Shown: positions 25,501 to 30,459 of the stretch, one piece after another
Layout of the letters: each line of letters begins with the position of its first letter
Numbering within the stretch: the first letter of the stretch is position 1
Assembly: GCA_037131245.1 (NCBI GenBank)
Contig: JBAXRK010000006.1
Span: 52,295 to 116,294, forward strand
Direction: 5' to 3'
From: Candidatus Omnitrophota bacterium
GTDB lineage: Bacteria > Omnitrophota > Gorgyraeia > Zapsychrales > Fredricksoniimonadaceae
Length of the DNA: 64,000 nt
Translations under genes and position numbers: made by a program
The notes under the pieces: model-generated
Database searches by the model: none
Seen by the model: the letters and a program-made list of their open reading frames with translations, nothing else
What the model was told of the DNA's origin: nothing

Positions 25501-25746
25501 GATTGGCTCACAGCGGATCCTGTGATCGTGACGCCCCTTGTCGAACAGGCCGCGGAAGCTGATCCGTTCGGTGGTATTGACCTTAATGAAAAGCATCTGG
25601 ACCTTCAGATCCAACGCGAGGGGGACGGCATATCGCTTGACGTATCCAACCAGCCCGAGGAGTTGATGAACATCCAGGGGCTTTCACCTGAGATTCTGGA
25701 GATCGCGCCGCTTGATCCTGCCACAATGATGATCTTCAACCATTGA
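16534..25746 (+). CDS. Giant exported multi-domain protein (3,070 aa), function unknown; contains a GHKL-type ATPase motif set, propeller-like repeats and an HExxH motif
   Basis: The ORF runs uninterrupted for 3,070 codons from GTG 16534 (the alternative ATG 16540 is preceded by GGGGTGG). The N-terminus KQLKRFISLFLAITFSCQSVGMA|DVF looks like a Sec signal. Internal motifs are detailed under findings. Confidence 0.8.
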   Translation: MDMFQDVEHKQLKRFISLFLAITFSCQSVGMADVFTGGLPQPGSLVALSPKIEPALLAGLQIDPQDPFKFNFLIRRAESPINEAAKPDEYRRLITYFLASLTLPNEDMWVNLSPVEHDRMIKDNFRHTAMGRDLLAQDYLLKQITASLIDPEGETGKAFWKKVYAKASEVYGTSDVPVDTFNKVWIIPDRAVVYEKNDTAVIVESHLKVMLETDYVLENQRLGLAGDTTSSQALEPTRELSKQVMRDVVIPVLEKEVNEGANFARLRQVASAMVMATWFKKSLRQSLLGRMYTDKSKVAGLDEGLDQGDPEKIYQLYLEAYRKGVFNFIKEEQDPVSGEDIPRKYFSGGIQAPAPDSAEIIHEVSEMSPRQKANFEAVIKSDVVKTRLFDSLKGAVGKAGLWAKALFSGKKAPLVLPELPTEKDIRLSKQSFEIDIPGQGKFVDLDHFVDAQKKVPAGQSYEDLIGRDGYTKAKVDGIIGYDPQTGVSTYEDPRLGVTLFDQSGTPRLRGITEAISNGIDALYRGINVDFMRGQFSKGVKQIVTWLEANGQDRVEVYTRQANGKAYKLTIIQAPQGTYFVQIIESSVEEFQARAGDVLGKTIEHGTVLRVLPTKEIPRTDAELKGEALYSLEGLARGIQGVSGFVRHFKVFLRIEDEAPVKVNGFHTIVEPEVDSVGSSEVDEGVVQVRLRKNEIAVADEGIGMDARPVSRMMAPGLGDKDPRILSPKEEDEELKSLIVGFKEIKGNNTVSFVRRGETVRTVNIPEDVHPEALVPDQGGLMIDLGLLLPVQESRGQFNLTTGFEKGILHAVRKVLELEGKTAQDKLRIINAMAFGLEGLEPGNNYNKNLVTHTLSEIQKMIAPLIDELKQRGEYALLPHQESFGRIKLPEGKKPLFVHSRLFSWRPGDLDAVGAKVLPGLKAGGANHLPILLMPFTDEALKGVSRMSLAWHAWKKGDRVPVIKTDRYVVVPAQIFERLRGLADKKNREELSAVERMEYFVWVQLLKIKTDDEGVTQYEDAAPKQSLVVEEKKTFEGPKTKRDENLAKLLEVPPGLEGLPTALPGQPPAGSSMKLALIEKTNELVEIGTGRQVMQNNGDGIKAAEPLTNGYYLVTFKNGDQQAIQLLSDPSKPALHELYSSMRAEVTLRGRLVVSPDKNFVYHLGVDQNVDTVLDMREGKRKVISKIIGRPLENALDEQRVHVSRDGTHLFVDRRDGRQGGERKGYLIDTKTWQVGPSVPSHGTMEVELDPGDAFVMNPLADAFIIRREKTGKLWLFDFKKGYAGAPGFDHIRTSSNGEYSVLKLSISGFAIYDHINGTLNMLPPDIKDVVILSFPQGRVQILVNNEKGKTFKFLPLSNPATEYDYLREMKDGDVVALHHQAILTEYINETDVLLSTGQPGSANFIKDNFQDGVLEPSVYKHPDLDVLIDRRDPQHPALIGLSAGDRIPFVGEVLGADKDWVGGRLPTGQYYNSSSARGIELVNVPVQVVEGGKEFFLMHLDPAAPGAQYLLVNRHEQKRIVLPDIDAVKYSRVIFDGKFYLFTDPLTGDAVYLDPSLPEAPLVVPVKASSDGLFRDLAKDVPRIEASAATWDLDPAWVRKAPSDDGHVYEVVMKPGWVRSKDVKTLQEMDGFVVDSKGDTKIIEESSSGRIRKAIIDLSGDKINTGRLDVGEDVWLSSSGNYALFKNEAGKYSVISDIKKNMTTHAVTFSVEIVGHRILPQRDMVIFKLKDGTYSLHDLKSPRAPLIEGVSHLEVTSGGDMAVFKRNGKLYFLDLAGPESEQRYIKVDEGKSLRIGRTKDGGTVVIETPDLVGPDSSLQIYWRDGGGRLLPRGAGITLREVELAQEKGEFPELWEYYDLGSKAITVGHVRPPGLEPALYSGEPPTIGSRQELIVMGSCYWDRNRATLTSEASGFSVQMPTINILEGDVVALEGNNVFYRSSLRGHLSRGMTVVIPRNSGYVSFKVDVGFVSTDKRFLVFKDLETGELVVVNEQGEVRKLAIPSGFSLVGTYDEQFVFGNEATGEVKWLDLKAVFAEAKPAMSAQDNEKSASIRQVWESKVLSLLDNWLGQEKAVHAGFFEGATAELSFLATPLMEKLERQQDKEVRERFQAFLDKGNPQDGLDLSGLPLDRFAARMALLAPLLGPYVKALIDRTVQDPVEVQRSSMSDLVRKLFALLSDDKRAGEAIDDDLLETLSLGWDVSSSRELATRLKAALVKADPTITFGRQRKIMSFLGKFVARAPLENAKIVEQQLEEILTKVSANGTPYVKLMIDAFDHKDATVENLSGFLTDPLRGGLKIGEARPFAVFLTNKNAKQVREAEERVPSGTDLFKKSVRITQTQMLRFWQRMMKSSDDKRPVMTPEELADAVNEGLLPEMTEADRKAELKIINDMQNQAEPGAHTREGAANARDSILKSGLHGFFSLWCYLTGKSAQPEFVEEYRDTGVGAPFPMTMAMPISSKAEGGQVETTGFFGAGNQTFFRDTDKVVRITSNKDGAYMFTFERDLENDTKQFFLTGLRKINDSELETLFGAAKTGVIVRRKKVLANSIPEIDRMLAERALKTFAGLAQHDGFTMTVENEKGEPEPLEVEASIIGETDLTVGEGAGKKLKIWQTKDMPSQIVDSSGYRVSDIPEEYLTYIPIELRPHIEELGIIIQVPMPLTRSRNEFEDYETHKKEIWKSVAVAFYRALAYKTMTQSSPQFNFEGYSMDTEKSDDRSYWDSVLKDKVAFKLAGLINGESSSEISEQDLALLARQPDGISKVRRFVNLILLLKVAIDQNKPDVKQSIMDRRARVQAAVDPEGAARHKSLFADRGYSFQSDAVVPEFEAKVSTGRTMVTGHEQMKDPGKFVLDRALTPAEQELAHLAGVMAAAAGVEQVLLIEGTAFAGAFKLYKGKRTMFLTRTLADKVPDPEAKNGIIEDRVDTVIHELAHLLEGFIAAGDADTVWNVGFLAPEDHETETRTHQAKGLFTDAMQYLAGVAAFHLAGMDDWLTADPVIVTPLVEQAAEADPFGGIDLNEKHLDLQIQREGDGISLDVSNQPEELMNIQGLSPEILEIAPLDPATMMIFNH

Positions 25747-25786
25747 TTGTGTGTCCCGGATCTTTTATGGTAATATATTCCTCATT

Positions 25787-26650
25787 ATGACAGCTCCCGC
25801 AGATGAAACATTCAACGGTTTGTCCGCCAAAGAGTGGACGCTATTAAGTAAAAATGTCTGGAACGATCTCAGCTCGCCCCGTCAGTCGCATCATTTATTG
25901 CATGGCGCGACCTTCCCATTGGCTTTGGCTGAAAGGGTCGTTAGCCTTTATTCCGGTAAAGGGGATATTGTTTTTGATCCTTTCGCTGGCATCGGCACCA
26001 CCGTGATCGCGGCCTCAAAACTGGACCGTGTCGGCATCGGCATTGAGCTTCAGGAACAGTTTTGCAAGCTGGCGACCTCGCTCATCGATAAAGAGAAGAT
26101 GGACCTCTTCAGCGACAAGCAGTCGGTCCGTCATGAAGTCATCTGCGATGATTGCCGGGCGCTTGACAAACATTTGTATTCCAACTCGGTTCAGCTTACA
26201 TTGACCGCGCCGCCGTATCCGGATATGGATACTCGTCCGCCGAAGTCCAAAGGCCCCGGCCGGCCGCGCAAGAGCGACCTGGTGGGAGAAATGTCTGAAC
26301 GGGTCCCGGCGCACAGTTTACGGCAGGATGATTTCGGCAATTTCGGCTATGCGATGTACCTTGAAGAATTGGCGCGGGTTTTCAAGAAAGTCCTTCATGT
26401 TACACGCGATGGCGGGTATAGTATCTGGGTTATTCGTGACCAGCGTGACACGCACAATGGTGCTCAGTATGTGCCTGTTCATTCGGACATTATTAATCTT
26501 GGTGTGGCGGCGGGATGGCGGCATCATGACCTGATCGTCTGGGACCAGAACGATCAGCGTCGTTTGATGTTGCTGGGATATCCCAATGTTTTTTATTCCA
26601 ATTTGAATTGTTCGTACCTGGTGGTCTTTCGTAAGCCTAAAGATAAATGA
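25787..26650 (+). CDS. SAM-dependent N4/N6-type DNA-methyltransferase-like protein with atypical APPY motif IV and an AT-hook-like insert
   Basis: HGATFPLALAERVVSLYSGKGDIVFDPFAGIGTT contains motif I, DRVGIGIELQ is motif II, and VQLTLTAPPYPD is motif IV. GPGRPRKS is AT-hook-like. ATG 25787 is preferred; GTG 25751 is possible. Confidence 0.75.
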   Translation: MTAPADETFNGLSAKEWTLLSKNVWNDLSSPRQSHHLLHGATFPLALAERVVSLYSGKGDIVFDPFAGIGTTVIAASKLDRVGIGIELQEQFCKLATSLIDKEKMDLFSDKQSVRHEVICDDCRALDKHLYSNSVQLTLTAPPYPDMDTRPPKSKGPGRPRKSDLVGEMSERVPAHSLRQDDFGNFGYAMYLEELARVFKKVLHVTRDGGYSIWVIRDQRDTHNGAQYVPVHSDIINLGVAAGWRHHDLIVWDQNDQRRLMLLGYPNVFYSNLNCSYLVVFRKPKDK

Positions 26651-26661
26651 AAGGATCGTCT

Positions 26662-27039
26662 ATGAAGATCGTTGCGCCTGTTAATGCTCCTAAACCTGCC
26701 GGCCCGTATAATCACGCGGTCATTTCCGGTAATCTTGTTTTCTGCGCGGGGCAGATCCCGCTGGACCCGGCTAACGGTAATGTTGTTCCCGGTGGTATCG
26801 AAGAGCAGACGACCCGGGTCTTTGAGAATATCAAGCTGGTCCTGGCGGATGCCGGCAGTTCGCTTGCCAAGGTGATCAAGGTGACGGTTTATTTGAAAGA
26901 CCTTAATGATTTTGCGGGGATGAATAAAGTGTACAGCTCGTATATTCCGGCCAACTTTCCGGCCCGTTCCACGTTGCAGGTCGCGCGGATCCCTAAGGAT
27001 GTGCTCGTTGAGATCGAAGTTATTGCTGAGTTGGCGTAG
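26662..27039 (+). CDS. ridA: RidA/YjgF/UK114 family reactive-intermediate deaminase
   Basis: PKPAGPYNHAVISGNLVFCAGQIPLDP...VKVTVYLKDLNDFAGMNKVY...PARSTLQVARIPKDVLVEIEVIA matches the family. ATG 26662 follows AAAGGA. The alternative ATG 26647 overlaps the MTase stop. Confidence 0.9.
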   Translation: MKIVAPVNAPKPAGPYNHAVISGNLVFCAGQIPLDPANGNVVPGGIEEQTTRVFENIKLVLADAGSSLAKVIKVTVYLKDLNDFAGMNKVYSSYIPANFPARSTLQVARIPKDVLVEIEVIAELA

Positions 27040-27057
27040 TATTGACAGGAGGATAAT

Positions 27058-27564
27058 ATGGTGTTAGCGTTCGGTCTTTTGGTCATCGGTGTTCTTTCCC
27101 GTTTCTTGCCTCATGCGGCGAATTTTTCGCCGGTCGCGGCGATCGCCTTGTTTGGCGGCGTTTACTTGCGTCGTTCGCAGGCGTTGTGGCTGCCGTTGGC
27201 GCTAATGGCTGTTTCCGATCTGTTCCTGGGGCTTCATGCCACGATCCCGTTTACCTGGGGGAGCATGTTCCTGGTTTCCCTGATCGGTTTATGGGTGAAG
27301 ACGAACGCCACGCCGTTACGGATGATGTCCGGTGCTTTGGCGTCCGCGTTCTTGTTTTTTGTGGTGACGAATTTCGGCGCCTGGCTGACACTTTACCCGA
27401 GGACCATGGAGGGATTCGTCCAGTGTTATACGTTGGCGATACCGTTCTTCCGGATGTCACTGGTCAGCACGCTTTTTTATAGTGTTCTTCTTTTCGGAGC
27501 TTATGATCTTTTCGCCCGCCGATTCAAGGGGACGAAGCTCGAAACTGTTCTTTTAAGGAAGTAA
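27058..27564 (+). CDS. Small polytopic membrane protein (DUF6580-like putative transporter)
   Basis: An AGGAGG RBS is present. The protein has 5-6 TM segments. I recall the motif PHAANFSPVAAIALFGGVYL from a family of putative vitamin/cofactor transport proteins; this is not verified. Confidence 0.5.
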   Translation: MVLAFGLLVIGVLSRFLPHAANFSPVAAIALFGGVYLRRSQALWLPLALMAVSDLFLGLHATIPFTWGSMFLVSLIGLWVKTNATPLRMMSGALASAFLFFVVTNFGAWLTLYPRTMEGFVQCYTLAIPFFRMSLVSTLFYSVLLFGAYDLFARRFKGTKLETVLLRK

Positions 27565-27575
27565 TTCTTTTCGTA

Positions 27576-27700
27576 TTTTGTCAGGGGAACCGTGTGTGAA
27601 TCACGGGCAGTTGCGCTACTGTAACGCGGGCCGTTGTTGCGGCCCTCGAAGCCAGAATGCCTGAAAGGTACTTAAAGCATCGATGCTGCGCACAACAGCA
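27576..27700 (+). promoter_or_regulatory. Cobalamin (B12) riboswitch
   Basis: The core is GGGGAACCGUGUGUGAAUCACGGGCAGUUGCGCUACUGUAACGCGGG. The B12-box-like element is GAAGCCAGAAUGCCUG. It lies directly upstream of a TonB-dependent receptor. Confidence 0.8.
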
Positions 27701-27725
27701 GACGAGGCGCATATATTTTATGATG

Positions 27726-27782
27726 CCCTTTGTTTGTAAGGACGCGCTAAGCGCTTCTTATGGACAAAGGGTTGTTTTTTTA
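27726..27782 (+). terminator. Intrinsic terminator forming the B12 riboswitch expression platform
   Basis: The outer stem CCCTTTGT (27726-27733) / ACAAAGGG (27764-27771) encloses an inner GCGC-TAA-GCGC helix and is followed by TTGTTTTTTT. It lies 15 nt upstream of the btuB-like ATG. Confidence 0.7.
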
Positions 27783-27796
27783 TCAGGGAGACGGAG

Positions 27797-29839
27797 ATGA
27801 AAAAGGGATTGATGTATTTGGGGGTGTGCCTGCTTGTAGCCAGTTCTGCGGACGTGTATGCCAATGATGTTGAAGATCTCGGTCGTGTCGTGGTGACGCC
27901 GTATCGATACGGCGAAGACCTTGACAAAGTGGCGGGCAGTGTGACGGTCATCACGCGGGAAGATATCGCGCGTTCGAACGCGACACGGGTCATTGACGTG
28001 CTTAGGGTTGTACCCGGGTTGACCGTTAAAGATTATTATAGCAACGGCACGCAGGCCGGGGTGGATATGGGCGGGTTCGGGGAGCAGGGTTTGCTCAATG
28101 TCCTGGCCCTGGTGGACGGCCGCAGGATCAATGATGTTGATCTCAACGGTGTCGATTGGAGCCAAGTCCCGTTGGACCAGGTGGAACGTATTGAAGTGAT
28201 CCGGGGTGGAGCGTCAGGCGTCCTGTATGGCGACAATGCTTCCAGCGGGGTTATTAATATCATCACGAAACGCGGTGCCGGCAAATCGCATGTGGACATC
28301 AAGACCTCTTATGGCAGCTATGCCTATAACGCTCAGAAAGTAACGGTGTCGGGAGGAACGGGCAAGGCGTCGTATTTATTCAGCGGCGGGCATGATGCGA
28401 CCAATGGGTATCGGAAGAATGCTTTTAGCAAGGCGGCGGACCTTTCTTCAAAAATTTCTTATGATCTGACAGATGTGGTCACCTTGCGCGTGGATGCGGG
28501 ATCTCATACGGGGTTGTACGGGATGCCGGGAGCTCTCTGGCAAAACCATATTGACGCTAACGACCGGCGCTATTCCCGCTACGGCGACGATAAGGCCAAG
28601 ACCCGTGATTTCTTCTTTCTTACCGGAGGGGATATCACGTTCCTGGGTAACGGCAAGCTCTCGCTTGATATCAGCTGGCGCCACAAGAATACGGACGCAT
28701 TTTTTTTGAGCTCGGGGAACCCGACCCGCAGGAATGTGGCCGATACGTATGGCTTTACGCCGAAATACACTCTGGATTCGACGGTCCTGGGGCATTGTAA
28801 TAAATTTATTTCGGGCATTGACCTGTACCGCACGCTTTTCCGGTCGCGTGAATACGATAAGTCTGATGATAATACGTTGCAGGATTACACCAATGTTAAC
28901 AAGGTGTCGGTGGCGGGTTACGCGCAGGATGAATTCTCGATCACCGATCCTCTGGTATTGGTGGGAGGCTATCGTTATGAGGCGGCTCGTTATACATTCG
29001 GGTACCACGATAACAACACGACGTCGTTTGGCCATCCCTATGTCGATCAAGATTCTAAATTGATCACCAAGGCGAGAGCGATCGATTCAGGGTTGGTCTA
29101 TCACTATGGTGAAGGCTCCAGTGTTTTTAGCAATATTGGGACCAGCTTTCGTTTTCCGGAAGTTGATGAGTTCACGTTTCAGGACGCCAGCTATCAGCAG
29201 CAGCTGGATACTTCTTTAAGGCCGCAGACCTCCGTGAACGGCCAGGTTGGTGTGAGGCATCAATTCACGGAAGGTCTTAAAGCCGAGGCATCCGTATTCC
29301 GGATGAATCTTCATGACGAGCTTTATTACAATGCCAACGGCGGCCCGGCCAATGCCGGCAAAAATGAAAATTACGACCGCACCGTTCATCAGGGAGTTGA
29401 GACTTCTGGCGAGATACGGTTGACGCGATGGCTTTCGGCGACCGGAAATTATTCGTATACGCGGGCGTCTTTTAACGGCGGCGTGTATGACAAGAATGAT
29501 ATTCCACTCGTGGCAAGGCATAATGCCAGCGTCGGGTTAAGGTCGGCGTTGTCCAAAAGTCTTTCCCTGGACCTGGTCGATTCTTATGTCGGGCGACGGT
29601 ATGTGCTTAATGATCAGGCCAACACGCAGGGCAGGGTTAACGGGTATTTGGTCCTGGATTCGGGATTGACCTGGAGTGCCGGACAGACGACAGCCAGGCT
29701 TGGTGTTAAGAACTTATTGGACAAGAAGTATTCAGAAATGGCTGGTTACGCTTTTAACATGTCTACTTTGGCGTCGGATCGTTTCTATTATCCCAGCGCC
29801 GGCCGGAGTTTTATGTTAACGATCGACCATCGTTTTTAA
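27797..29839 (+). CDS. btuB: TonB-dependent outer-membrane receptor (BtuB-like, B12-riboswitch controlled)
   Basis: It has a signal peptide, a TonB box (GRVVVTPYR), a plug domain (VTVITREDIARSNATRVIDVLRVVPGLTV; IEVIRGGASGVLYGDNASSGVINIITK) and a C-terminal barrel ending ...GRSFMLTIDHRF. Confidence 0.88.
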   Translation: MKKGLMYLGVCLLVASSADVYANDVEDLGRVVVTPYRYGEDLDKVAGSVTVITREDIARSNATRVIDVLRVVPGLTVKDYYSNGTQAGVDMGGFGEQGLLNVLALVDGRRINDVDLNGVDWSQVPLDQVERIEVIRGGASGVLYGDNASSGVINIITKRGAGKSHVDIKTSYGSYAYNAQKVTVSGGTGKASYLFSGGHDATNGYRKNAFSKAADLSSKISYDLTDVVTLRVDAGSHTGLYGMPGALWQNHIDANDRRYSRYGDDKAKTRDFFFLTGGDITFLGNGKLSLDISWRHKNTDAFFLSSGNPTRRNVADTYGFTPKYTLDSTVLGHCNKFISGIDLYRTLFRSREYDKSDDNTLQDYTNVNKVSVAGYAQDEFSITDPLVLVGGYRYEAARYTFGYHDNNTTSFGHPYVDQDSKLITKARAIDSGLVYHYGEGSSVFSNIGTSFRFPEVDEFTFQDASYQQQLDTSLRPQTSVNGQVGVRHQFTEGLKAEASVFRMNLHDELYYNANGGPANAGKNENYDRTVHQGVETSGEIRLTRWLSATGNYSYTRASFNGGVYDKNDIPLVARHNASVGLRSALSKSLSLDLVDSYVGRRYVLNDQANTQGRVNGYLVLDSGLTWSAGQTTARLGVKNLLDKKYSEMAGYAFNMSTLASDRFYYPSAGRSFMLTIDHRF

Positions 29840-30405
29840 AGCCATTTGATCGCGGCCGGTTTTTTCGGCGGCGGCGGCGGGAAAAAACCTTCTTTGGGAT
29901 ACCCCATTAGAAGAGGGCCGTAGGCTTTTTCAGTGTTGTTAAGCCCCAGCATTTCTCTGGCAGGTTCTTCTTCCAGGGCTTTCAGGCCGAAGTAGACCCA
30001 ACAGCTGCCCAGGCCGAGAGCGCGCGCGGCCAGCATCATATTTTCGCAAACCATGGGGCAGTCGTTATCCTGGGTCACGGTGCCGACCCCGATAACAAAG
30101 ATCACCACAGGGGCGTCATAGTAGACGGGGTCTTTCACGATGGCGTCAACTTTGGCGCGCCTGTCCTTAACGGACTGATCGGCCTCGGCCAGCCAGGATT
30201 TATATTTGGGCAGGGTGATGGCGGAGAGTTTTCTCCTGTTGTCCGCGGACTCGACGACAGCGAATCTCCAGCCTTGTGAATTCATGCCGGAAGGCGCCGC
30301 GTTACCCGCGTCAAGGACCTGTTGCAGGATGTCACGCGGAACTGGTTTTTGATAAAAGAACCTGACGGAGCGGCGTTCATGGATATTTTTGATAATTTCA
30401 TTCAT
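29836..30405 (-). CDS. Nitroreductase-family flavoprotein
   Basis: IHERRSVRFFYQKPVPRDILQQVLDAGNAAPSGMNSQGWRF is the nitroreductase signature. A GGAGG RBS is present. The gene is co-directional with, and 54 nt downstream of, metH. Confidence 0.85.
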   Translation of the reverse strand: MNEIIKNIHERRSVRFFYQKPVPRDILQQVLDAGNAAPSGMNSQGWRFAVVESADNRRKLSAITLPKYKSWLAEADQSVKDRRAKVDAIVKDPVYYDAPVVIFVIGVGTVTQDNDCPMVCENMMLAARALGLGSCWVYFGLKALEEEPAREMLGLNNTEKAYGPLLMGYPKEGFFPPPPPKKPAAIKWL

Positions 30406-30459
30406 AAAGAGGGCCTCCGGGATTTGCGTGACATTGAGATCATTATAGCAGAGGAGGCT

